Source of the DNA: Ignavibacteria bacterium
Lineage (GTDB): Bacteria; Bacteroidota; Ignavibacteria; Kapaibacteriales; UBA4661
NCBI GenBank assembly: GCA_013298775.1
Contig: JAAFIV010000003.1
Span: 141,460 to 205,459 of the forward strand
Length of the DNA stretch: 64,000 bases
Direction of reading: 5' to 3'
In this document: positions 47,778 to 57,313 of the stretch, one piece after another
How positions within the stretch are numbered: the stretch's first letter is position 1
Layout: the number at the start of each line of letters is the position of its first letter
The notes under the pieces: model-generated
Seen by the model: only the letters and a program-made list of their open reading frames with translations
What the model was told of the DNA's origin: nothing
Database searches by the model: none
Made by a program: the position numbers and the translations under genes

Positions 47778-50700
47778 ATGTCCACGTCCACCGCGCCTCT
47801 TTCCGCTTCAGATACCGCACAATCGGCTGCACTTCGCGAAAGCCTTGGAAATTCGCTGCTCATCAATACCGTCAAACTTTTTTCGTTGCTTGCGAAGGCG
47901 GACAGCAATGTTACGCAGGCAGAGCGCGACTACGTGCGGTTTTACTTGGACTCCATCTACCACGCGCCCGTTGCACAGTATTTGTACGAGCAGTTTGAAG
48001 TATTTGTTGAGGCAAATATTGATGCTGAAGCTGCCGCAGCGCAGATACGGACTGGCTTTTCGTATGAAAATCGCGTGTTTATTTTGATGAAAGTCTATGA
48101 GCTTGCCGCTTCCGATAGCATGGACGATATTGAGCGCGAAACAGCCCGCAAAATCGGACGCATGGTTGGGCTTGCCGATGCTGATATTTGCTTTGTCGAA
48201 AGCATCTACGACCTTCCTTCCAATGAAACCTTAGAAATTGCAAAAGGCTCGGAAATTGTCTCCATCCACATCGGCGACGACGCGCATCTGTTCGATATTG
48301 TGCTGCCCTTTCCGCTTTTGGATGTTGAGATTTTCAAGATTCGTAGCATTTACATTATTCTTCAGAAAAACGACCGCCATCCCGTGAAAGTAGGCGGTGT
48401 GGCGATTGCAGGAAAAACCTCGCGCAACCTGCTGAACGCCACGAAAATCCAGCATAATCAGTCTATTTCGGTCAATGAGTACACCGTCAATTTTGAAGAC
48501 CTGAGCTATTATTTTCAGCTCAAAACCAAGACCCTGCTTGGCTTCGCGCTGTTTGTCTCGCGGCGAATCAACGTGGATAGAAAAACCACCGAGTTTGTGC
48601 TTTCGCAAATGCCGAGCATGGACGACGTGATGCTGATTGAATTTACCAAGCTCTTTATCATCCTCACACCGCTTGGTGTAACGGATTCGGACTTGGGCAA
48701 ACTCGCCAACGAGCTTGTTGTGAACGGGCGCGTGGTGGAAAATCAAATCTACGTGAATTTGAACGACAGCGTACTGATTGGAAATTGTCCTATCAATTTG
48801 CGCAAACTCGCCTTCCAGTATGGCTTGGAAAGTGAAGTGTTCAAATTCGACCCCAAGCAAGATTCCGTCACGTTTGGGAACTATATCGGTTCGGATGTTT
48901 TCTTCAACGACGGGTTAATAAAACGCTGGCAAATCAAGGTTTCACGCGCCGAGAAGGGCAACGAGGTGGAATATACGTTGCATCCCGAAGGCTGCCCGCA
49001 TCGCATCGGCATCAATGGTGAAGCCGTTTCCAAGCCAACGGTCGTGAATGCGGAGGCGCATATTTTTATTGCCAAGCAAGTCTTTCATTGCTCGTTTCAA
49101 GGCGGTTTGGTGCGTTCAGAACCGTTCCGCTTCCGTGATTTTATCGCAAGCGGCGTGCGGTATTGCTTTCAAGACAACACGCTCGCGCTGGACGACGTTT
49201 CCTTTGAAATTGACTACGGCGACCTTGTTGCCGTGATGGGACCCTCTGGCTGCGGTAAATCCACGCTTCTGAATATCATCAACGGCTACAACAAGCCCAA
49301 CGATGGCAATATCGAAATCAACGCCTACGACCTGCACCGTGAATACTCCGCCCTGAAGGATTATCTCGGCTACGTACCGCAAGACGACTTGCTTTTCGAG
49401 AATTTGACCGTCTTCGAGAATCTCTACTACAATGCGAAACTGCGCCATCCCGACATGACCGAAGAAGAAGTTACGCAGCTTGTCCAGCAAACCTTGATAG
49501 ATATTGACCTCGTAGAAAAGCGCGACATCAAGGCGGGAAGCCCCACGCAGCGCACCTTGTCGGGCGGGCAACGCAAGCGCGTAAACATTGGTCTTGAGCT
49601 TCTGGCGGATGCGGATGTGTATTTTCTTGACGAGCCAACATCGGGCTTGTCGTCGAAGGATTCTGAGAAAATTATTGAACTACTGCAACGCCTCACGCTC
49701 AAAGGGAAAATCGTGTTTGTGGTCATTCACCAGCCAAGCTCGAAAATTTACAAGATGTTTAGCAAAATTCTCTTCCTCGACAAGGGCGGAAAAACGGCGT
49801 TCTTTGGCGATAGTATGGCGGCGTTGGCGTATTTCAAAACGCACTCTGCCGAATCGCACATTTCCTCAACGCCCATCAATCCTGAGGCGGCGGCGGCAAT
49901 GGTGGAATGTCCCGTCTGCAAAAACGTGGAGCCAGATTTGCTCTTGGAAACGCTTGAAGAACCGCTCCGCGACATTGACGGTGTGCCGCTTTCGCAGCGC
50001 AAATACGCGCCGAATTATTGGAAAGAAAAGTTTTTGGAATTCCGCGCTTCCGTGCATCGTTTGACGATTGAGGACAGTGAGCGTGTATCGCTGCCGCCCC
50101 CGAAAATGCTTGCTCCGAAGGAAAAATGGGCGCAGTTCCGTGCTTTGCTTACACGCAATTTCACGAACAAATTCCGCGACCGCTCGAACCTCATTATCAC
50201 GTTCTTGGAAGCACCTGTTTTGGCGATTGCTGTTGCGTTTATTTTGCGCCACGCGCCTGGATTCGGCGTGGAATATAGCTTCTTCCAAAACGACAACGTT
50301 CTGATTTACATCTTTCTTTCGGTAATTATTTCCACCTTTTTGGCAATCACGAACAGCATTGATGAAATCATCAAAGATGCAGCAATCCTGCTCCGTGAGC
50401 GGATGTTGAACATTGGGAATCTGAGTTATTATGCCTCGAAGTTCATTACCTTGCTCGTTTTTGCAGTTTTGCAGAATGTCCTCTTTGTGGCGTTTTCCTT
50501 CCCGATTCTGCAACTGCAAGAATTGTATGTGCAATATGTTCTGTTCTTGACGCTCGTTTCGGTCAATGGTTTGGCGTTGGGGTTGCTGGTGTCGGCATTT
50601 CCCAATCTCTCGTCCAAAGCTGCATTCAACATTGTTCCGCTTATTTTGATTCCGCAAATTATTTTCGGCGGTGCGCTCATTTCCTTTAGCGAAATGGACC

Positions 50701-51410
50701 ACTTGAAAATCAATCCAACCCGCGAAATTCCTGAGATTTGCCAAGTAATTCCGGCTCGCTGGGCGTATGAAGGCATGATGACGATGCAAGACCGTTTCAA
50801 CAGTTTTCAATCAACCGATGACGAACTCCAAAGCCGCGCCAATGGTGTGCTTGCGGTCTATGATACCCGCGACGCTGCCGTAAAAGAGCGCGATGCCTTG
50901 CTTGCGCAGGATTCAAGCGCGAATGCGACCAATGCAGGCGCAAAAACAAGCACAAAGACAAGCGCGAACCAAGCACGCATCACAGAGCTAAATGCAAGCA
51001 TTGAAGCGGCACAGCAGCGCATTGGCGAATACGAGCGCAATAAAGCGGGCTTGGATTCGTTAATTGAAAAACATCGTTTGGGTTATCAGGATAAGTACGG
51101 CAATCAGGAAATCCATCGTCAAATCATGGAAGCGCAAGACAAACTCCGCGAGATTTTAAGCCGCACCGACAGCCTGACGCAAAAACCAATCGTCGAAAAA
51201 AGCTCGGTGAATTTGATTCATTACCCGCTTCTGATTAGCGACAAACGTGTGCCGCTCACACAAATCACGATTCCGACGATTTTTTACAACTCGTTTGTTT
51301 TGCTCATCATCACGCTCGCAGCCGTCGGCGCGGCACTGGTGATGCTAAGTTTGCGCGAGCGCATTTTGGATGCCTTCTTCCGCTTGACCAAAATGTTCCA
51401 GCGAAAGTAA
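47778..51410 (+). CDS. Fused ABC transporter (TerB-like N-terminus, FHA-like region, ABCG-type ATPase, ABC-2 permease)
   Basis: LAKADSNVTQAER and LAASD..DDIE (TerB-like); GPSGCGKST, GYVPQDD, LSGGQRKRVNIGLEL, DEPTSGL, IHQPS; 6-TM permease with LIPQIIFGG, PARWAYEG. Confidence 0.85.
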   Translation: MSTSTAPLSASDTAQSAALRESLGNSLLINTVKLFSLLAKADSNVTQAERDYVRFYLDSIYHAPVAQYLYEQFEVFVEANIDAEAAAAQIRTGFSYENRVFILMKVYELAASDSMDDIERETARKIGRMVGLADADICFVESIYDLPSNETLEIAKGSEIVSIHIGDDAHLFDIVLPFPLLDVEIFKIRSIYIILQKNDRHPVKVGGVAIAGKTSRNLLNATKIQHNQSISVNEYTVNFEDLSYYFQLKTKTLLGFALFVSRRINVDRKTTEFVLSQMPSMDDVMLIEFTKLFIILTPLGVTDSDLGKLANELVVNGRVVENQIYVNLNDSVLIGNCPINLRKLAFQYGLESEVFKFDPKQDSVTFGNYIGSDVFFNDGLIKRWQIKVSRAEKGNEVEYTLHPEGCPHRIGINGEAVSKPTVVNAEAHIFIAKQVFHCSFQGGLVRSEPFRFRDFIASGVRYCFQDNTLALDDVSFEIDYGDLVAVMGPSGCGKSTLLNIINGYNKPNDGNIEINAYDLHREYSALKDYLGYVPQDDLLFENLTVFENLYYNAKLRHPDMTEEEVTQLVQQTLIDIDLVEKRDIKAGSPTQRTLSGGQRKRVNIGLELLADADVYFLDEPTSGLSSKDSEKIIELLQRLTLKGKIVFVVIHQPSSKIYKMFSKILFLDKGGKTAFFGDSMAALAYFKTHSAESHISSTPINPEAAAAMVECPVCKNVEPDLLLETLEEPLRDIDGVPLSQRKYAPNYWKEKFLEFRASVHRLTIEDSERVSLPPPKMLAPKEKWAQFRALLTRNFTNKFRDRSNLIITFLEAPVLAIAVAFILRHAPGFGVEYSFFQNDNVLIYIFLSVIISTFLAITNSIDEIIKDAAILLRERMLNIGNLSYYASKFITLLVFAVLQNVLFVAFSFPILQLQELYVQYVLFLTLVSVNGLALGLLVSAFPNLSSKAAFNIVPLILIPQIIFGGALISFSEMDHLKINPTREIPEICQVIPARWAYEGMMTMQDRFNSFQSTDDELQSRANGVLAVYDTRDAAVKERDALLAQDSSANATNAGAKTSTKTSANQARITELNASIEAAQQRIGEYERNKAGLDSLIEKHRLGYQDKYGNQEIHRQIMEAQDKLREILSRTDSLTQKPIVEKSSVNLIHYPLLISDKRVPLTQITIPTIFYNSFVLLIITLAAVGAALVMLSLRERILDAFFRLTKMFQRK

Positions 51411-51442
51411 TGCTTTTTTGCGTAGTTTTGTGTGAGTTTGGT

Positions 51443-51533
51443 GTGAGGGTCTCGCTTCCTCAGCGAGGCTCTCACTTCCTCACCACAATCTATTACCGAA
51501 GTGAGACCCTCGCTTGAGAAGCGAGAGCCTCAC
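51443..51533. repeat. Repeat family C
   Basis: GTGAGGGTCTCGCTTC.TCAGCGAGGCTCTCACTTC ... GAAGTGAGACCCTCGCTTGAGAAGCGAGAGCCTCAC. Confidence 0.85.
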
Positions 51534-51570
51534 ACCAACAACAATTCTCCACCAATTTCCCCAGAAAGCT

Positions 51571-52257
51571 ATGGAAACCTCTTCACTCTCGCCAAAGCAA
51601 GGATTTACGCGCCATGCAGCTCTTTTGCTCATGGTAGCTTGTGCCGCACTCACGATGCAGTCCTGCTCGCGCAGTGAAGAAGCGCGGAATGCTTCGCAAG
51701 GCTCATCAAATCAAGAAACACAGGCTGCTGGAATGGGCATGGAAAATGCGATGGACGAGAAATCGAAATCCGCAGCAGCAACGGCAAAAGTCTTCGCGCT
51801 GCAAAAAGTAGATACACCGCAAAACGGCAAACGTGCTGATTTTGCATGGCTGGAAGGCAAAAAGACCGTCAAACTTTCGGAAGTATCGTCGGGCAAGCCA
51901 GTCTTTATCAACTTCTGGGCAACGTGGTGTCCGCCGTGCCGCCGCGAATTGCCAGATATTGTGGAATTGCAAAAAGAATACGGCACGAAAGTTGTATTTA
52001 TTGGCGTTGCCTTTGAGAACGAATCGAAAGCCTCAAAAGCCGCACCACTTGTGAGTTCATTCGCACAAAAAAATAATCTTGGCTACGTTAATATCGTTGG
52101 CGATGAGGAATTAGTCGGGAAAATTTCTGCTGCCTATGGCAATGTGGAAGCCCTTCCCACAACCTTTGTGATTGACAAAAACGGCGTGGTGCTGGAAAAG
52201 CTCGTCGGCGGACGCTCGAAAGAAGACTTTCTCGCGGCATTGAAGAAAGTGTTGTAA
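51571..52257 (+). CDS. TlpA/ResA-family thiol-disulfide oxidoreductase lipoprotein
   Basis: Lipobox MQSC; INFWATWCPPCRRELP; ALPTTFVID. Confidence 0.92.
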   Translation: METSSLSPKQGFTRHAALLLMVACAALTMQSCSRSEEARNASQGSSNQETQAAGMGMENAMDEKSKSAAATAKVFALQKVDTPQNGKRADFAWLEGKKTVKLSEVSSGKPVFINFWATWCPPCRRELPDIVELQKEYGTKVVFIGVAFENESKASKAAPLVSSFAQKNNLGYVNIVGDEELVGKISAAYGNVEALPTTFVIDKNGVVLEKLVGGRSKEDFLAALKKVL

Positions 52258-52432
52258 CTATTCAGGTCTCAGGCAATTTCACTCATTTGCCCCCTTGATA
52301 AAGGGGGAACGGGGGATTTGCTCATGTGAAACGAGTGATTTGAAGCGGTGTTGAACCACAATAATCCCCCGTTCCCCCTTTATCAAGGGGGCGAATGCGA
52401 CAACATTTCTGTTGCGTACCTGAAATAGTTGT
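52254..52432. repeat. Repeat family E palindrome (52289-52392) inside outer TAACTATTCAGG/CCTGAAATAGTTG arms
   Basis: GCCCCCTTGATAAAGGGGGAACGGGGGATT ... AATCCCCCGTTCCCCCTTTATCAAGGGGGC; second copy at 62028. Confidence 0.88.
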
Positions 52433-52643
52433 AAAAAAGCGTTGTAACCTGCCTTATTTCCACGCTTTAAACCTTCCTTGCTTGTATGCTCTCTTACAGG
52501 AAGTTCGCTGATGAAGAACTTGTGAAAAAGTTATGCAAAGACTTTGAAAAGGTTTTGAAAAGCGCATGAGAAAGTGTATCTTTTCGCAAAACTGATGAAA
52601 AAAATTATTACTTACATTATATCACAGAATTGAAGGACATGGC

Positions 52644-53342
52644 ATGAAATCAAGAGTTTGTATGGTGCTGGGTGTGCTGGCGGGATATATGCTTGCTCTT
52701 ACGCCATCGTTTGCGCAGAAAATCGTGAACTTTGAGGGTGTCGTCGTTTTTAAGAAAAAGGGCGAAACGGCTGGTGTTGTGGATTCCGTCTCCATGCGTC
52801 TGTACATCAAAGGCGATAAATTTATGGCGGAGGATGTAAACGATGCAAACCAACCTCGCATTATTGTTGATACCAAGAAGAAGTCTATTTTCATGATAAC
52901 CGACCGCAGCCGTGAGTATATGCAAATGCCCACGCCACCTGCACCACCAACGGTTCCAGCTCGTCCGCCACAAAAAACAGGAAAAACTGACCAAATGGCG
53001 GGTCATGCTTGCGAACAATGGCTCGAAAAGACGGGCGATACCGATATGGAACTCTGGACTTCCAATGACCTTGGAAAGCTCTCGCTGCCAAGCGGGACAA
53101 TGGGTGTGAATCTCATTTCATCGCAAAACATGGCAACATTTCTGAAAAACAGTAATATGTTTCCGATGTTGTTTTTGGAGCGCAACAAAGGCGGGCGTGA
53201 AATCACGCGTCTTGAGGTTGTGAGCGTGGAGAAAAAGACCTTGAATGAAGCGGTCTTTGAGCCACCGCAAGGATATAGCAAAATGACCGTTCCATCGGAA
53301 GTACCAAACCCCGCGGATACTGGTAAAAAGAAGAAAAAATAA
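52644..53342 (+). CDS. Secreted DUF4412-like protein
   Basis: Signal peptide ...SFAQ; FEGVV; KTGKTDQMAGHACEQW; ELW; FEPPQGY. Confidence 0.75.
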   Translation: MKSRVCMVLGVLAGYMLALTPSFAQKIVNFEGVVVFKKKGETAGVVDSVSMRLYIKGDKFMAEDVNDANQPRIIVDTKKKSIFMITDRSREYMQMPTPPAPPTVPARPPQKTGKTDQMAGHACEQWLEKTGDTDMELWTSNDLGKLSLPSGTMGVNLISSQNMATFLKNSNMFPMLFLERNKGGREITRLEVVSVEKKTLNEAVFEPPQGYSKMTVPSEVPNPADTGKKKKK

Positions 53343-53361
53343 GCGAAAACCTTTATCCAAC

Positions 53362-53396
53362 AAAAAAGCCATATCAACAGCGATATGGCTTTTTTT
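53362..53396. terminator. Bidirectional intrinsic terminator
   Basis: AAAAAAGCCATATC-AACAGC-GATATGGCTTTTTT. Confidence 0.8.
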
Positions 53397-53759
53397 GTTC
53401 TGCACATTTTCGTGTGAGGACTTTCGCAAATGGCGTAGATATGAGTGTCGTATCTTTCAATATCAATCTCCACATAGAGTGGCGATGTGGTAACAGAAAG
53501 AGACATGAAGAGTATGCTTTCACAAGAGAGAGAAGTATTGCAAGAGCCAAGAAAAAAGGACTTCGTTGCCTTCGTATCGCAAAATGCAGCCTTTTTTGCA
53601 CGTCTGGTGTGGTGGCTTATGAACTGTTCAAGGTCAATCAATGAAGTCCAATGAGTGGTCATCTCTCATCTGCGACGACTTTTTTTGTCAGACCCTATTG
53701 GTGATGTTTCTCCTCTCATGGTCTTCTCTTGGGCGCATTGATACTCGAATGCACAAAAG

Positions 53760-54089
53760 CTAGATTTGAAGCGTATCCGGCACATCTACTTCCATGAGCA
53801 ACATCGCCGAAGCGATTGCTTTTCCTTGCGCGTCGAGCTTGAGGGAAACGGTGCCGCCGCCGCCCAGCGTGTTGTTCAGCACGAAATTTAATGCCCAGAT
53901 ATTGGGCAATTCGTAGCGTTCTACTTCGCCCAAGCACACGCCACGAAAATGCTCTTGGACGCGCTCTTTGGTCAAAATGTCGCGCAAAAGCGGGTACCAT
54001 TCTTCTTTGTACGCGATTACGCCGCAGTTTGCGGCATCGCCTTTGTCGCCACTGCGGGCATGGGCAAGTTTGGAAAGGGGAATACGCAT
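53760..54089 (-). CDS. AtuA-related small ferredoxin-fold protein
   Basis: AHARSGDKGD.AN.GVIA, VERYELPNIWALNF, LGGGGTVSLKLDAQGK. Confidence 0.85.
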   Translation of the reverse strand: MRIPLSKLAHARSGDKGDAANCGVIAYKEEWYPLLRDILTKERVQEHFRGVCLGEVERYELPNIWALNFVLNNTLGGGGTVSLKLDAQGKAIASAMLLMEVDVPDTLQI

Positions 54090-54181
54090 AATTCGTTCTA
54101 AATAAAGGAGAAAAAAGATGGGAAAACGTTCAGAGAAACTGTATTTTTGCGGACGAAAATTTTTGCTGTCGCACATTCTTT

Positions 54182-54264
54182 GGCTTCGGTAGCACAGACA
54201 CTCCTATCTGTGCAAGCTGGCGAATAGTGCGTCAAATCTGCGCAGACAGGAGTGTCTGCGCTAC
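54182..54264. repeat. Repeat family B pair
   Basis: GGCTTCGGTAGCACAGACACTCCTATCTGTGC ... GCGCAGACAGGAGTGTCTGCGCTAC. Confidence 0.85.
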
Positions 54265-54376
54265 CTACTTGACAGAGTTTGCTCATACGCCATCCACATA
54301 AAAATACTGAAATTTCCCAACAAACCTCGTTGTTCTGCGAGATTTGTTCCATTTTTATCGTTTTTTCTTCTTAATT

Positions 54377-55120
54377 ATGTCTAAACTTTCTGGTAAAATT
54401 GCCCTCGTAACGGGCGGCTCGCGTGGCATTGGCGAAGCGATTGTCCGCCGTCTCGCGGCGGACGGTGCAACGGTATTTTTTACCTTCAATTCCAGTCCCG
54501 ATAAAGCAAATGCCGTTGCCGCAGAAATTGGTGCAACCGCGCTCCAAGCCGATGTTGCGAATGCTGATTCCGTTACAAACCTCATCAAAACAGTGCTGGA
54601 GCATCCCGCCAATACGACTAAGCGCGTGGATATTCTCGTGAACAATGCTGGCATCACGAAGGACACGCTGGTCTTGCGCATGAGCGAAAACGACTGGGAT
54701 AGCGTGATTGATACGAACTTGAAAGGCGCGTTTCTAATGAGCAAAGCCGTGTGCAAGCCGATGATGAGCCAACGCGCAGGGAAAATTGTCAATATCGGTT
54801 CGATTGTCGGCATTACGGGCAATGCGGGACAGGTCAATTACTCTGCGTCCAAAGCTGGACTTATCGGACTGACAAAATCCTTTGCGAAGGAATTGGCATC
54901 TCGAAATATTTTAGTAAATTGCGTTGCTCCGGGCTACATTGATACCGACATGACGGCGAAAATTACCGACGAGCAGAAAAAAGCTCTGCAAGGAAATATA
55001 CCGCTCGGCAGAACGGCGCAACCTGCGGAAATCGCATCGGTGGTGAGCTTTCTCGCTTCGGATGATGCCTCGTACATCACCGCGCAGACGATTGTGGTGG
55101 ATGGCGGTTTAGCAGCGTAA
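54377..55120 (+). CDS. fabG: 3-oxoacyl-[ACP] reductase
   Basis: TGGSRGIG, NNAGITKD, GNAGQVNYSASKAG, APGYIDTDMT; adjacent to acpP. Confidence 0.95.
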   Translation: MSKLSGKIALVTGGSRGIGEAIVRRLAADGATVFFTFNSSPDKANAVAAEIGATALQADVANADSVTNLIKTVLEHPANTTKRVDILVNNAGITKDTLVLRMSENDWDSVIDTNLKGAFLMSKAVCKPMMSQRAGKIVNIGSIVGITGNAGQVNYSASKAGLIGLTKSFAKELASRNILVNCVAPGYIDTDMTAKITDEQKKALQGNIPLGRTAQPAEIASVVSFLASDDASYITAQTIVVDGGLAA

Positions 55121-55183
55121 TTTCTTTTCGATAATACCTTTATTTTTTAATCACTGTATTCTTCACTTTTTGAAGGTTTTACT

Positions 55184-55417
55184 ATGTCTATCGCAGAACG
55201 CGTTACAAAAATTATTGTGGATAAATTGGGCGTTGAAGAGTCCCAAATTACCAATGACGCTTCCTTTACCAACGATTTAGGGGCTGATTCGCTTGATACC
55301 GTTGAGCTTATCATGGAATTTGAAAAAGAATTCAATGTAACCATCGAAGACAGCGACGCAGAGAAAATTCAAACCGTTGGCGACGCGGTAAAATATCTCG
55401 AAGCTAAAGCAAAATAA
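55184..55417 (+). CDS. acpP: Acyl carrier protein
   Basis: [20 protein letters not shown]. Confidence 0.97.
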   Translation: MSIAERVTKIIVDKLGVEESQITNDASFTNDLGADSLDTVELIMEFEKEFNVTIEDSDAEKIQTVGDAVKYLEAKAK

Positions 55418-55441
55418 CAACTCAGCTTTCACGCTTATTTC

Positions 55442-55502
55442 AACTTTCCAAGTTGCGGATGTGCTTACGAACAAGCATTCATCGGGCTTGGAAAGTTTTT
55501 TT
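55442..55502 (+). terminator. Probable terminator after acpP
   Basis: AACTTTCCAAG...CTTGGAAAGTT followed by a T tract. Confidence 0.55.
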
Positions 55503-55515
55503 ATGGTAGTTCCTC

Positions 55516-55625
55516 TCGCCCCGGGCGGCTGAAGAGTGCAAGCACAGTGCCGTCCGGCGAGTGGGTCGCTTGTAAAACACCCGACGGACGGCTACTGCGC
55601 TTGTGATAACAGCCGCCCGACGGGA
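55516..55625. repeat. Repeat family A
   Basis: Full nested palindrome. Confidence 0.9.
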
Positions 55626-55654
55626 AATACCTCATTAAAATTTGTCGCCAAACT

Positions 55655-57115
55655 ATGCAACCCCAAATGCAATCTCAATCTCTCCAACACAAGATTCTAC
55701 GAGCTTTTTGCGCCATTTTTTTCACCACTGCCTGTCTTTGTGTGCTCAGTGCGTGTAGTTCGGCTGTGAACTTGGGTGCGTACTTGAAAACGCTGCCCGA
55801 ATCCAGCACTGCCGAGCGCATTACCACAACAAAAATTCCTTACCCGATAGTATTGCTGCATGGTTTGGGGCAAAAAGCAACCGTTTGGGATGCTTTTGCG
55901 GTGCGCTATTACGAAGAAGAAATTGGGCTGAATCACGGCGGTATTTTGCGTAAAGTGAACGGCAAAGCAACGCTCGACACCAAGCTAGATGCGCGTTCTA
56001 CGACGAATCTTCCCGTGACGGGTAAGGATGCAAAAACGCGCACCGCCGACTTTTTCACGGTTGCTTTTTCCAATCCAGCAGATTCCATCGGTGCGTGGGA
56101 GCGGGAGTTGGAGGAGTTTTTGCCACTTGTTTTTCAGCGCACGAAGGCAGACAAAGTAATTTTGATTGGCTACAGCATGGGCGGCGTAACGGCACGGTAT
56201 TACCTCACGCAGCACCTGAACGACCACCGCACCGAGCGCATTGTTTCAATTGGCTCGCCGCATCAAGGCTCGCCCTACGCGCAAGTATTTAAGTGGAAAA
56301 GCTCTATTCAAGAAAAGCTGAAAGATGCGAATTTTATTATGAAGCCGATTCTGGAAAAAGGCTTGGATATGTTCAACGGCATGGAAGAAGGCGTACCCGC
56401 CGACGCGCCCGCCGTGCGAGATTTGATGCGCCCTGAGGACGGTGGCGCGTTTATGTCGCGGACGGTCTTGCTCGCGCACCCGTTGGATGTGGATTACGTG
56501 AGCGTGGTCGGGAAGGTGGATTTATTCAAGGAAGGCGCGTGGTCGAAGGCGGGCGCGATGGATATTTTGCGGCGTGTGCTGGCTGCGATTGGCTATGGCG
56601 GCGTGGAATCGTTGTTTGAATCAGGCGACGGTGTTGTGAGCGCGAAAAGCCAGACCATGAGCGAGCTTCCTTGGTTTCAGGTGGATAAACGCCGTCAGAA
56701 AATTTCCCGCACGATTGCGCTGCCAACCGTTCACGCCGACCACTTGAAGCAAAGCAACGAGATTCAACGCCTCTCGCTGGAGGACAAACCAGAATTTAAG
56801 GGCGCGGATTTTTATCGCAACACCGACGGTACGCAAGCCCGCTTGGTTGTTGAGTTCGTGGATTATCTGCCGCCCGCAAAATGTGGCGTGGATGTGGTAA
56901 TTGACCCCGACAAAGGCGAAAAACAGCGCGTGATGATTCCCCAAAGCGATATTTCGCTTGTGCGCAAAAAGAATGGCAGCATCGTCGCACAAGCAGTGAT
57001 GCCGCTTCCTCAAAGCATAGATTGGTCGCGTCCAGCAGATTTGGAAATAATTATTCGCAATACCTTTGGGAATACGACGGTAACGAGCAAAAGCTGGTCG
57101 CCGCGTAATCCTTGA
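55655..57115 (+). CDS. Lipoprotein alpha/beta hydrolase (lipase/PGAP1-like)
   Basis: Lipobox LSAC; PIVLLHGL; GYSMGG nucleophile elbow; IGSPHQGS; GDGVVS. Confidence 0.85.
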   Translation: MQPQMQSQSLQHKILRAFCAIFFTTACLCVLSACSSAVNLGAYLKTLPESSTAERITTTKIPYPIVLLHGLGQKATVWDAFAVRYYEEEIGLNHGGILRKVNGKATLDTKLDARSTTNLPVTGKDAKTRTADFFTVAFSNPADSIGAWERELEEFLPLVFQRTKADKVILIGYSMGGVTARYYLTQHLNDHRTERIVSIGSPHQGSPYAQVFKWKSSIQEKLKDANFIMKPILEKGLDMFNGMEEGVPADAPAVRDLMRPEDGGAFMSRTVLLAHPLDVDYVSVVGKVDLFKEGAWSKAGAMDILRRVLAAIGYGGVESLFESGDGVVSAKSQTMSELPWFQVDKRRQKISRTIALPTVHADHLKQSNEIQRLSLEDKPEFKGADFYRNTDGTQARLVVEFVDYLPPAKCGVDVVIDPDKGEKQRVMIPQSDISLVRKKNGSIVAQAVMPLPQSIDWSRPADLEIIIRNTFGNTTVTSKSWSPRNP

Positions 57116-57129
57116 TGTTTACTTGGTGA

Positions 57130-57273
57130 TAACTGGTCCGGTGTCTTCTCGTCGGGCGGCTGTTGTCACAAGAGCAATAGCCGTCCGGCGAGTGCTATGC
57201 AAGCGACCAACTCGCCGGACGGCAGCGTTTCTGCACTCCTCAGCCGCCCGATGAGAAGATAGCTGACCAGCTA
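57130..57273. repeat. Repeat family A with outer TAACTGGTC/GACCAGCTA arms
   Basis: Nested inverted repeats between convergent genes. Confidence 0.9.
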
Positions 57274-57313
57274 CAATTGGTGTTTAAAAGCGTTCGTCAT
57301 CGGCAATGAATTT

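Noticed and set aside
55184..57115. fabG-acpP-hydrolase as a secondary-metabolite cluster
   Set aside because: fabG and acpP are canonical fatty-acid synthesis genes; the hydrolase is separated by a terminator and a repeat, and no ketosynthase is present.
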